NCBI GenBank assembly: GCA_000004985.1
Contig: GG738852.1
Length of the DNA stretch: 64,000 bases
Reading direction: 5' to 3' (one strand)
Origin: Naegleria gruberi
Lineage: Eukaryota
Shown: positions 54,204 to 64,000 of the stretch, piece by piece
How the letters are laid out: each line of letters opens with the position of its first letter
Numbering within the stretch: position 1 is the stretch's first letter
Translations under genes and position numbers: made by a program
The notes under the pieces: model-generated
What the model was told of the DNA's origin: nothing
The model's input: the letters and a program-made list of their open reading frames with translations, nothing else
Database searches by the model: none

Positions 54204-55415
54204 CTATTCCTCTTTATGTTGAGTGATAAATCCATCCTCATCCACCACTTGATTTTCAGGTTCAAATGAAGGTTTTTCAAGTGATGGAAGTAATTTCATC
54301 GAGTAGGGATGAATCTCTTGAACCGATAAATCTTCCAAATCTATCAGTATCCATTTAGTTTGTTGAGAAAATTCTTGAATATTATCGAATTTCAATCTAG
54401 ACTCAATAGATGGTGTACACAACTTGTACAGAAAGCATGTATCATTCAATCGACAATGTCCAATAATTTTCATCTTATCACTGAAATGTTTGTAGAAATT
54501 TTTAAAGTCACTTCTTGCTAACTTTCCATTCGTTTTTCCATCATCCATTACCTCGAAAGTTAATTTCCTGATGAGATGATGATTTTTCTTTGATTTCCTA
54601 TCTTCATAACTGATAATCAAATAATTATTCTCTTCACTGCTGCTACTCTGATTCAATCTTGATAAAATATTCGAATGAATAAGAAAACAGTGTGCGAATG
54701 GCATTGGAGAAATATTCACCACTTCCTTAATAAGTTTTGAAGAATCATTTGGTGCTTGTTTCAAAAAGGTTGGTTCAATTTGTAAAGTGTCTCGATGATG
54801 CTCCTCAAACATTAGAAACATGTCATGTTTGATGAAAGGCGTAGGAATAAGGTAATTCAAATGAGTAAAATGATCATTATTTGAAAATATAGGCAAGATG
54901 GGAGTCACTTCAAGCTTTGATCTTTCAATATCTTTCTGATCCAGCTCAATTGTAAACCTTTGAGCATAATATCCACAATAATAATCAAAAACCTTTAAAG
55001 TACCATTCCTTGTACTAGGATGTCCATTAATCAATGCTTGTTTAAACACATAATCATATCTATCATATTCCAATACTGTTTGTTTCCCACAAAAATCAAA
55101 AAAGTATTTTCTTGTTAAATTTCCATCATTTTCATTATGCAACAACAAGGAATTTAATCTCAACATTTTCACCTTCATATTCACTGTAACTCCTTCATTA
55201 TATTTTCCCTCTCGTTCCGATCTCTTCACCAAACACACTGCATGGGAAATGTTCGGATCATGTTTTGAAGGAAGATTTAAATGATTGGTTTCATCATTTT
55301 GATTTTCCAAAAAGTAATAACGAGAATGTAAATTATTGGTTAATGGGGGTGAGGAACAAACAAAAGCAATGGGAATGGTGGCATATTCTTCCTCCCTAAA
55401 ATCTAAATGCGCCAT
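54204..55415 (-). CDS. Hypothetical protein (403 aa), no recognisable domain
   Basis: Long uninterrupted ORF with a codon bias matching the neighbouring genes. Confidence 0.35.
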   Translation of the reverse strand: MAHLDFREEEYATIPIAFVCSSPPLTNNLHSRYYFLENQNDETNHLNLPSKHDPNISHAVCLVKRSEREGKYNEGVTVNMKVKMLRLNSLLLHNENDGNLTRKYFFDFCGKQTVLEYDRYDYVFKQALINGHPSTRNGTLKVFDYYCGYYAQRFTIELDQKDIERSKLEVTPILPIFSNNDHFTHLNYLIPTPFIKHDMFLMFEEHHRDTLQIEPTFLKQAPNDSSKLIKEVVNISPMPFAHCFLIHSNILSRLNQSSSSEENNYLIISYEDRKSKKNHHLIRKLTFEVMDDGKTNGKLARSDFKNFYKHFSDKMKIIGHCRLNDTCFLYKLCTPSIESRLKFDNIQEFSQQTKWILIDLEDLSVQEIHPYSMKLLPSLEKPSFEPENQVVDEDGFITQHKEE

Positions 55416-55784
55416 TTTTTTTTAAAAGATTTTGAAATTTCAATTTTAAGAGTTTACAATAAATAGGTGAAGTATTCAAAGTCAATTTAATTAATATCTG
55501 AAAAGTACTTGTTTAGTTCAGATTGGTTCTCCAGTAGTGAATTAGTTCTGAAAAAGATTCACACACAAAAAGGTTCTTATTGACTTGGTCTTTCCCATTG
55601 AATGTTATTTTCATGCATGTGTTTTAACAATGCAAGGAGAAAAGAAATTACATTTTTCAATTCAGAAACAAATTGAGAAACAACTTGATTGTGATGAACA
55701 AGTGAAGAAAGTACTGATTGAATCACTCATTACAATGATTCAAAGAGATTCAACAAAGAGACTGAATTCACTTACAAATTAATT

Positions 55785-56228
55785 ATGGAAAATTTAATCA
55801 AATTTTTGAAAGGTGAAATTGCTGATTGTTCTCAAGGAATTTCCTCTTACATGCCCAAATTCGATCGCCTTACAGAAAACAAAGGAAATATCTCTGCACT
55901 TACCACTCACAAATACGAATTGACCAAGAAAAACAAGTTACTAATGGAAGAAATTGAACAGTTACGATCCCAAGAAGGTACTTTGGATGTTTCTGTATTG
56001 GTTAATGATCTTGAGACTAGACAAGCATCTCTTAATGAAGAAATAGAACAAGTCAACCTTTCAAAACAAATGATTCTGGAGGAACAGTTAGAAATTAACG
56101 GGCAGAGCAATGCATTGACCATGTTAAACCTTGCTCAACAAGAAGAAATTGAAGAATTGAAGAAGGAATTAGCAAAACTAATTTTTCAATGTTTGAGTAT
56201 TGACATTCTTGTAGTTTACCTTCTCTAG
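55785..56228 (+). CDS. Small coiled-coil protein with a C-terminal hydrophobic tail (tail-anchored, SNARE-like topology). The adjacent upstream ORF 55630..55782 may belong to the same gene.
   Basis: Heptad-rich ...LETRQASLNEEIEQVNLSKQMILEEQLEINGQSNALTMLNLAQQEEIEELKKELAKL followed by IFQCLSIDILVVYLL. Confidence 0.3.
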   Translation: MENLIKFLKGEIADCSQGISSYMPKFDRLTENKGNISALTTHKYELTKKNKLLMEEIEQLRSQEGTLDVSVLVNDLETRQASLNEEIEQVNLSKQMILEEQLEINGQSNALTMLNLAQQEEIEELKKELAKLIFQCLSIDILVVYLL

Positions 56229-56295
56229 TTTTCATAAAAGCGCCATTATTTCCTATTAATATTCTCCAAAATGTTAAAATTTTCTTATTGCTAAT

Positions 56296-58272
56296 TTACT
56301 GAGCTGGAGTGGTTTGAGTCTGTTGCTGATTTCTGGCAAGTTGATAAGCTGCTCTATGAGCTTGAATCTTTTTTCTAATCAAAAATTCATTATAAACAAA
56401 GCATACAACTAGAATGATAAGAACAAGATAGAATACTGGCTTATCAAACATGTCATCCCAAATAGTGTCTTCATCTCTAGAATTCTTTGAGTGATAATCA
56501 GAATTGAAATAGCTTCCATAGGTAGATCCCTTTCTATCAGAGTCGAGAGAAGTTACATCATAAACAGAAATGGAGCCATCATCCAACATTACTGCCAAGT
56601 TATTATCTGAAATAAAGGTAAGTGATTGAATTGGAGCAGAGTAGTACTTTAAATGACTTCCTTCTCTTTCTATTCTCAAGTTTAACATGGACTTGAGAGC
56701 GAGTCCTTTTCCTTCAATCTTGAACACAAATCCTACAATTTGATGAACAACCACAATGTAAGAACCATCATGATTAATGGCTATAAAATCAGGATGGTTA
56801 TATCTTTCCAATCGTTTCTTAAGAGACTCGAAAACTGCCAAAGTTAATTGATCTTGAGAATAGTATCTCTCCTGTAATGATCTGACATCGTACAAGCCAA
56901 ATCCTGTACCAACAAAACTGTAATAGGTTGTCTTGTCAACACTGAGGTTCTCTCCAGAAGGTCTGTAAATGTACATGCAACCACCGTGAGCTGGGAAAAC
57001 AGTTGTCCTGCCATCTCCACTTTGATAGGAAATCTCCTTTCCTCTATAGTAAACATCATATAAACGATGAGCACTTCTTGAAAGAATTCCTGTAAGAGCT
57101 CCTGGAAGATTATTGTCAATTCTGCTCTTTTCCCACGTGCCATTAATAAGCTTGTATGTGTTGGATTCTACTAATGGACCATGTTTGAAATCATTATCAT
57201 ACATGGAGTGGAATTGTTGATTTCTTACATCTATAACATCAGCATTCTCCTTTAAACTCAAAACTGAGAATTGATTGTCTGGAAGCTTAACCTCATGAAG
57301 AGCTAAAACATTGTGAAGATCTTTCATTCTTGGAATTCTTGGATTTGTCTTGTCCATTTTGAGAAGAGGTGGTCCATTCTGTAATAATGTTCCATTTGCA
57401 CAAATGATTCGATATTCATAAAAATCATTAACGAACGAAGCCATTACACAATCCTCATCCAATGAAGTATCAGAAATACTAGTAACTTCCGGTCCATATT
57501 CATACAAATTAAAAATTCTATTCCTTTCCTTCTGTGGACATATTTTCCTTGCCTCCACATAGGTTTTCACTCTATCACTTTCATGAATATCAACACGTTC
57601 TGTCACCATAAATATGCAATCTCTATTTCTATAGTGTGCAGAACCCTTCTTTGTAAAATAAACTTTAGAATTTTCAATTAGTTGATCATCAGCAAGTTCC
57701 CATCTCAGAATATTAGCTTCCTCCAATTTCATCAACATTTCCGTATCAACTCTCGATAATTCATTCTTCAAATTAAAAAGCTGTAATCTAATAATAGATC
57801 CCACAAATTCAAATGTTGAATTCAAAGCTGTATCCTCATGAATAACCAACTTGGAAATATCAGCAGCTGCTTTTCCAATATTATTAATATTATTATTATT
57901 ATTAATATTACTATTTAATTCCTTCTCTTGATGAGATGATGGTGATAACAATAAATAGGTTGAAAAGTAATTACTCTGTCTAGAATCCATCGCTGAAGGT
58001 GAAACCTTATATTTGTATAATTGACGAGTATTGGGAATGGAAAATACTTTTCGTGGCAAATTTAATATTCTCGAATCGAATTGATTCTCAGAGTAGGCTG
58101 ATAAATCTCTCCTATAATGATCACTGCCAGCACTGTTGTATGATGATGATGATGAATCATTGGGTCCTCCCGAATAGAAATCCAAAATTTGATTAAAGAA
58201 TTGAAAAAAGATAAATAATCCAATGAAAAAGATGGTTACCCTCGGGCTTCCTCCAATGAATATAACGGGCAT
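56296..58272 (-). CDS. Bitopic membrane protein (N-terminal signal anchor, large lumenal domain with beta-propeller-like repeats, C-terminal TM)
   Basis: VIFIGGSPRVTIFFIGLFIFFQFF near the N-terminus; FYLVLIILVVCFVYNEF near the C-terminus. Family not assigned. Confidence 0.4.
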   Translation of the reverse strand: MPVIFIGGSPRVTIFFIGLFIFFQFFNQILDFYSGGPNDSSSSSYNSAGSDHYRRDLSAYSENQFDSRILNLPRKVFSIPNTRQLYKYKVSPSAMDSRQSNYFSTYLLLSPSSHQEKELNSNINNNNNINNIGKAAADISKLVIHEDTALNSTFEFVGSIIRLQLFNLKNELSRVDTEMLMKLEEANILRWELADDQLIENSKVYFTKKGSAHYRNRDCIFMVTERVDIHESDRVKTYVEARKICPQKERNRIFNLYEYGPEVTSISDTSLDEDCVMASFVNDFYEYRIICANGTLLQNGPPLLKMDKTNPRIPRMKDLHNVLALHEVKLPDNQFSVLSLKENADVIDVRNQQFHSMYDNDFKHGPLVESNTYKLINGTWEKSRIDNNLPGALTGILSRSAHRLYDVYYRGKEISYQSGDGRTTVFPAHGGCMYIYRPSGENLSVDKTTYYSFVGTGFGLYDVRSLQERYYSQDQLTLAVFESLKKRLERYNHPDFIAINHDGSYIVVVHQIVGFVFKIEGKGLALKSMLNLRIEREGSHLKYYSAPIQSLTFISDNNLAVMLDDGSISVYDVTSLDSDRKGSTYGSYFNSDYHSKNSRDEDTIWDDMFDKPVFYLVLIILVVCFVYNEFLIRKKIQAHRAAYQLARNQQQTQTTPAQ

Positions 58273-58681
58273 TTTGTTTTTTTCTATTATTATTATTAAA
58301 ATTATTAAAATTATGTAATATTTGTATTGATGATGTTATTGTTGTTGGACGGAGGAGAAAAAATCAAGTCCGATAGACACGTTTTTTTTGTAAAGTTTTT
58401 GCATTAGTTATTGCGCTTGGAAGAGTTTCTAATATCAAAATATTGAAAAGATCTTTTATTCGACATGAATATTGAAAATAGTATGAAATGGAATTTCTTA
58501 TTAAGCTTCAATTTCCAAGCATGTGAAAGATTAGTTTGAAAAATTACCATTTGTTCAACTTGCATTACATTAATAACTATAAAAAGGTCATTCTCGTATA
58601 TCTCCAAACTTTTGTAATAATATTAAATCAATGAAACAAAACAGCTGTTAATATTGTTTTGATTTTTTAAATTACAAAAAA

Positions 58682-59537
58682 ATGGTCAAACGTAAATTAT
58701 TGCTCATTTCCAATTCGACAAATTTCGGAGGAGAATATTTGGAACATTGTGCTAGTCAGTGCAGAGATTTCTTATCGGGATGTAAAACTGTTTGTTTTGT
58801 TCCGTATGCCTTGACTGATACTGAAGGCTATTTTAATAAGGTGGAAAATGGTATGAATTTAATATGAATTTTAGGAATTTAATTATTATTAATATTTGGA
58901 AAATATTTGGAAAATATTCGGAATGGAATATTAATTGTTATTATTATTATTTTAAATATTTGATGTAGCCTTTAAAAAGTATAATATTTGTGAACAAGTT
59001 ACAAATGTTGCTCAAAAGGGTGGAAATCCAAAGGAAATTATTCAATCGGCTGATGCTGTTTTTGTTGGAGGTGGAAATACATTTAGATTGTTGAAGAAAC
59101 TTTATGATAATGATTTAATTTCATTGATTAGAAAGAGAGTTTTTGAGGAAAATATGAGATACATGTCTGCTTCAGCTGGCACAAATGTTTCCTGCCCAAC
59201 TATAAGAACTACAAATGATATGCCAATCCTCTTCCCTCCATCTTTCAATGCTCTTCAACTTGTTCCATTCCAAATTAATCCTCACTTTATTGACAAGCAC
59301 ACTTTGGAATCATTAAAACATAATGGAGAAACTCGTGAACAAAGAATTCAAGAGTTCCACGAAGAATTGGAAAATCAACATGTTCCAGTAATTGGCCTCA
59401 GAGAAGGAGCCATGTTATTGGTCGAAGATGATACCATGACTTTGTGTGGAGCTAACGGGGCCAAAATATTTGCAAATTCACAAGAAATTGAAAAGGTAAC
59501 AGGAGATGATTTATCATCCTATTTGAAATCCAATTAA
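58682..59537 (+). CDS. pepE: Peptidase E (alpha-aspartyl dipeptidase, MEROPS S51), bacterial PepE-type; 2 exons (58682..58849, 58970..59537)
   Basis: LLLISNSTNFGGEYLEHC...VCFVPYA...; second exon ...ADAVFVGGGNTFRLLKKL...MSASAGTNVSCPTIRTTNDMPI...LQLVPFQINPHFID...NGETREQRIQEF... is near-collinear with E. coli PepE, including the Ser nucleophile context. Confidence 0.85.
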
Positions 59538-59674
59538 AAGAATTTCAAATACTAGTAATTTCAATAATTTCAATTGAGTTTACAATTTGATCTTAACATT
59601 CAATGCCAGAACTAAAATAGAAGTCGTACCTATTAAACGCTTTATCTCTCTGCTTTTAAAGATCACAAGAAAAA

Positions 59675-60691
59675 ATGCACGCACTCAGTCTAATAACAAT
59701 TCTTGATCATTTGATTTGTTATTCAGATGATGAATCAATATATAAATTATCACAATGTTCAAAAGATTGTCATGAATCAATTCATCAAATTAAAAGACGT
59801 CAATTATTTAAATTAATCAAGGATGGAAATATTCTTCATAATCAACACTTGAGATCAATTGAAAATATTGAATCAGTACATAATGAAGAAACGTTAAAAT
59901 TGTTAGAAATGATTAAAAGGAAAGAAGACGAATTGAAAATTATTTTGCCTTCCTATTTGAAGGAATTTATTTTAATTTGTGGAGATTTAGATTGTAGATT
60001 TACTCCACATTTAAATGGATATTATTCCTCACATCCTTGTTACAGTTTTATTCCCTTCCAAGAATGGGAATTTTTAAAAACTCATTTTCTGAAAATTCCA
60101 TCAAGAACAGAAATTGAAAAGAAATTTAAAGCTCACCAAAGAGATTCTTTAGTTATTGTTGGATATGATCCAATTACTCATTGTTGTTTATTATTAGAAT
60201 CTAATAGTGGTTTATTGTACGAATTTGGAAGGAACGAATTAACTAAATTTGGAAGTTTATTTGAATGGTATACAAAATTAAATAGTAACAAAACATTTAA
60301 ACATTCTATAAATAATAATCATCATTTGAATCAATTACAACATCCTGTTACAACAGTGGAATCAGCAATTAAATTATTAAAATTCAAATCAGGAGATTAC
60401 TCACAAATTTATAAATATTTACCAATTGATTTTAAAAAGAATGAACAACTAATTATGGAAGTAATGAAATCTGGATATGTAGAAAAATATATTCCTTTCA
60501 AATATAAAGATAATGCAGATTTCATGTTACAATACATTAAACAAAATTTAGATGCTTTCCAAATTTGTTCAGCCAGATTAAGATATGATATTGACTTTGT
60601 AAAGAGAGTTTTTGAAATTAATCCAAAAATTATTTATCAAAATAATTCAAGAGAATGGAATTTCAAAGTTAAACCTTTTATTGATGTATAA
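59675..60691 (+). CDS. Protein with C-terminal DUF4116-like repeats
   Basis: Repeated ~25-aa units MEVMKSGYVEKYIPFKYKDNADFMLQYIKQNLDAFQICSARLRYDIDFVKRVFEINPKIIYQ. Confidence 0.45.
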   Translation: MHALSLITILDHLICYSDDESIYKLSQCSKDCHESIHQIKRRQLFKLIKDGNILHNQHLRSIENIESVHNEETLKLLEMIKRKEDELKIILPSYLKEFILICGDLDCRFTPHLNGYYSSHPCYSFIPFQEWEFLKTHFLKIPSRTEIEKKFKAHQRDSLVIVGYDPITHCCLLLESNSGLLYEFGRNELTKFGSLFEWYTKLNSNKTFKHSINNNHHLNQLQHPVTTVESAIKLLKFKSGDYSQIYKYLPIDFKKNEQLIMEVMKSGYVEKYIPFKYKDNADFMLQYIKQNLDAFQICSARLRYDIDFVKRVFEINPKIIYQNNSREWNFKVKPFIDV

Positions 60692-60740
60692 ATAAACAAC
60701 ATTTTAAAAAAGTTGAAAATTCAAGTTTAATTACAAAAGT

Positions 60741-61559
60741 TTATTTGCAAATCAATTGAAGAATCTTTTCCCTTAGATCTCTAACTTCCTCCTCGGAATA
60801 TCTCTGATAGAGACCATCCACATTCGGTGGACTACTCTCCCTACAATAGAATTCTCCTGGATAACTCTCTGGCACAACATCTGGATATTGTTGCAGGAAG
60901 AGAACTGTTGGCTCCTTTTCACTCACTTGGATGGTATGAATTTCATTCGGTGAAAGATCATAACTCTCGCCCACCTCACAATGATCAATATGATTCAAAT
61001 GAAGCAAGACCTTATTCAATCTCTCAAATTGATGTGTATGATGAAAATAAGCATACTTCCAATAGAGATCTGAATGATCTTCCTGAGCTTGTCTCTCCTC
61101 AAATACCAAATTCTTTAAACTTCCATTCAATACAGTTGTTTTAAAGTGATACCTGTGATTGTGTGGATTGGCAACATATCCCTTTCCATGCTCAACAGGA
61201 TCCAACAAGTAGACCTTCGTAGTAATATTACAACTTCTCTCCAAACATAAATAATTGACTCCCCTCACATGATAATCTTTAAATGAGTGTTCACACAACT
61301 TTTTCAATGGTAATTGCCTCAGCGACCTCTCCACATACAAACCATCCATCTGAAATACTCGATTTATCAATGTTGACATTTTTTTGTTATTGCTTTCATC
61401 AATCTCTAATTTGAATTCAAGCATCAAGGAACTTTGAAATTCGAACACGTCTTCTGATTGAAAATCAAAGATGATCAATAAATTCTTGCACATATTAATG
61501 TTTTCCTCATCATCGTGGTCTCTTCGGTTTTTGTTCCGTAACCACCAGCCAGCAGCCAC
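60741..61559 (-). CDS. Hypothetical His-rich protein (possible cupin/dioxygenase-like)
   Basis: PHNHRYH...HHTHQFERL...HLNHIDH motifs; assignment tentative. Confidence 0.3.
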   Translation of the reverse strand: MAAGWWLRNKNRRDHDDEENINMCKNLLIIFDFQSEDVFEFQSSLMLEFKLEIDESNNKKMSTLINRVFQMDGLYVERSLRQLPLKKLCEHSFKDYHVRGVNYLCLERSCNITTKVYLLDPVEHGKGYVANPHNHRYHFKTTVLNGSLKNLVFEERQAQEDHSDLYWKYAYFHHTHQFERLNKVLLHLNHIDHCEVGESYDLSPNEIHTIQVSEKEPTVLFLQQYPDVVPESYPGEFYCRESSPPNVDGLYQRYSEEEVRDLREKILQLICK

Positions 61560-62119
61560 TTAGAAAGCCTTCATCATCACTTCTGCCAACTATTCAATGG
61601 ATTGTTTTTTTGCGGCAAAGTGCAAAATGCAAAGACGTGTTCTTAACGTTGATGAAAAAGTAGGTGCAAAAAAAATTCTCTCTTCTACACCTACCTCATA
61701 GTTTTTCAAACTTTTTTGACAAGTTCTTGTTGTTGTTTTGTGGTTTTCCTCTAAATTCCTACTACTATTACTACTCCTTTTTTAAATTATTATCAACTAT
61801 AAACCTTCCGCTCTTCATCAATATATTGACGCGAAAGGACCTACAAACTCTATCTATTTTTTAATTCTTTCAAATACAACAATTTTGTTACGTGTGCTCG
61901 TAAACTCGATACAAATTCATAATCACTAATTAGAGCCGAGTTTAGATCATTATTTACCTATAATTTCTCTCAGACTCTACTGTAGATGCCTTAACTTATT
62001 TAATATGACAATCAATTATAATTCAAACCACCATCACAAAACAACAACACCATCATCACATCTTTCTTCATCTTAAAACACCTTTTGAACAAATTTACAA
62101 TAACAATAATAATTTCAAT

Positions 62120-64000
62120 ATGGCACCAAAACATAAACCAAAGAATAATAACAAACCTAAAAACACACCGAGTAATAACACCAAGAGGCAGGATCACTCT
62201 GATCCTTCTCAGACAGGTGTTAACAAAACCAGTAATAATAACGCAATGTCAGGTATGTAATATTATACTTTTCACTGTTGATTAACCATTCTGTTTAGAA
62301 CCTAATGTACAGGGAAGATCTTTTAATTCTAATAATCAAGCCAATAGTAATAATGGTAATAACAATATTAGGAGAAATACAAGCACTTCTTCTATCACAA
62401 GTACTGACAGCAATTCGAGTAATGATGGATCTAATTCTCCACTTCCTAGAAGGAACAATACAAATTCTTTGAAGAAGAATAATCTATCAAACAACAACAA
62501 CATATCACCAACTTCTCCTAGTACTCATCAAATTAAGAGAAAACAACACGTTCCACCTCCTTTGAATACTAATTTAACACCAAAACCTAGTGAGAGGATT
62601 GAACTTGTATGGAACTGTTTAAAATCACCACTTAAACCACCAGTAAGAGGGTTTCACTCTTGTACACTAGTGGGCGATAAACTTTATATTATTGGAGGTG
62701 ATAATAGAGTGGAACACTTTAAGGATGTTTGCATTTATGATTTGAGTAAGTTTGTTCTTTTTGAAAAACAAATTGATTAACAAATTTTGATAGAAACCAA
62801 TTATTGGATTAAACTATCAGAAAATTCAAATCTTCCAATGCCTAGAACAGGCCACTCAGCAGTACTGTATCAAGATAAATTGTATTTATTTGGTGGAAAA
62901 AACGAAAACTATTACACCTCTGATCTATTTATTTACGATCTGAGGGAAAAACTATGGGACAAAGACGTACAACCCCACAATAAGAAAGTAAGTCTGACAC
63001 CAAGAGCAGCACATAGCTGCTGTTGTGTAGACGATAAAATGTATATATTCGGAGGTATCACATCATATCAAGCTAATGACGGCAGAAAAGCAAGTGAATA
63101 TATTGATGTATTATCTATGTATGATATTAGTCAAAGAAGGTGGAAAAAACCAAAAAATAAGGGTGCAGCACCTTCTGCACGTGCCGGTCATTCTTGTTGT
63201 GTTATCAACAGAGACATTTACATTTTTGGAGGAAGACAAGGAACAATTCTTTTCAATGATTTGTACAAGTATAATGTAGATTCTGAAAAATGGTCTAAAA
63301 TACAAACTAAAGGTGAGGCTCCTCAACCAAGTGCTGGACATACAATGAGTGCTTACATGGATAAGATTGTAATTCTAGGAGGTTCTGATTGGAAGAAATA
63401 TCCAACAGAAATTTATGTATTCCACATTCCAAGTAAGGTTTGGGTAAAATGCGCCTCACTCGGAATTACCACTGGTAGATTTTGGCATACAGCCACTGTC
63501 TATGAGGACAATCTTTATGTTTACGGAGGTGGTACAGTTGAACTCATTGACGATATTTATTCAATCAACTTGAGATCATTGAATGCCATTTCTGAAGCTA
63601 CTGCACTGACACCTCAAAGTTCAGCGTCTCCTGTTCCACTACCAGAAATGCCACTTCAAACATTCGCATCAGCGCTCAAATTTAAAACTATTTATAAGGC
63701 TGAGATGAGAGTGTTTGCAAAAGTTCCAAGAGATGTCACCTACTTGGAATTAAAAGAAACCATCAGCAAATCATATGGTTTCCCAGTTGTACTCAAGTAT
63801 GTAGAGCTGGATGACGAAAAAGACGAAATAACCATTGGATCAGACCGAGAATTAAGAGATTTTATCGAATGCTTTGAAGAAATGGGTAAGGGTCTGAGAT
63901 TAGAGCTTAGCGAGGAAAGAGTTGAATCTGATAGTGATTCAGAAATTGATCAAGAAGAGGAAATTCAAGCAACCACTAACGGCACAGGCATAATGTGGAG
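62120..64000 (+). CDS. Kelch-repeat (six blades) plus PB1-domain protein, 3' partial; exons 62120..62252, 62299..62745, 62794..>64000
   Basis: Kelch blades RGFHSCTLVGDKLYIIGG, RTGHSAVLYQDKLYLFGG, RAAHSCCCVDDKMYIFGG, RAGHSCCVINRDIYIFGG, SAGHTMSAYMDKIVILGG, FWHTATVYEDNLYVYGG. PB1/OPCA FKTIYKAEMRVFAKVPRDVTYLELKETISKSYGFPVVLKYVELDDEKDEITIGSDRELRDFIE. The last exon has no stop before the window end, hence it is absent from the ORF track. Confidence 0.7.

Noticed and set aside
1-64000. Prokaryotic-style interpretation (operons, CRISPR, phage, ATG/GTG/TTG starts)
   Set aside because: Consensus GTAAGT...YAG introns are removable in frame in more than 15 genes. Homologues are eukaryotic (PTEN, UBR1, Vta1, POLE2, COX10, ALKBH8). 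The composition is AT-rich eukaryotic. No direct-repeat/spacer arrays or phage genes are present. Non-ATG 'M' starts in the ORF track are artefacts of the caller.

Overview
This window is AT-rich, compact eukaryotic nuclear DNA with about 38 protein-coding genes on both strands and no rRNA, tRNA, CRISPR array or recognisable transposon. Genes are interrupted by very short spliceosomal introns of roughly 40-150 nt (GTAAGT / GTATGT / GTGAGT ... YAG). Intergenic spacers are typically 100-500 bp. The gene content (Skp1-type prolyl hydroxylase, Q/N/P-rich low-complexity coding, bacterial-type ldhA, PepE and DUF302, many F-box genes) is reminiscent of an amoebozoan/protist genome, but the taxon cannot be established from the sequence alone.

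The supplied ORF track is misleading in three ways:
- Genes running off either window edge (1..647 minus; 62120..64000 plus) have no in-window stop and are absent from the track.
- The donor consensus AG|GTAAGT repeatedly creates an in-frame TAA, so many ORFs are truncated exactly at an intron. I re-spliced the PTEN, UBR1, Vta1, biotinidase, POLE2, ALKBH8, ldhA, PepE, MFS and Kelch-PB1 models by hand.
- Track 'M' starts are sometimes TTG or GTG.

Most notable observations:
- A single gene (27.3-30.0 kb) fuses a 2OG/Fe(II) prolyl-4-hydroxylase domain, an F-box and a divergent actin-related protein, with the apparent stop codon lying inside a 44-nt intron donor.
- An ankyrin-repeat gene (18.9-20.5 kb, minus) is embedded in a ~1.5 kb tract carrying about two dozen GTAAGT motifs at ~45-nt spacing, most in a YAG-NNT-GTAAGT configuration (3- or 6-nt in-frame micro-exons or recursive-splice sites).
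- A PTEN phosphatase/C2 gene continues into a long TPR domain.
- A head-to-head pair of antistasin-like cysteine-rich secreted protein genes.
- Three bacterial-type genes, ldhA D-lactate dehydrogenase (1 intron), PepE (1 intron) and DUF302 (intronless), are resident in the eukaryotic genome.
- A 7TM receptor carries a C-terminal RGS domain.
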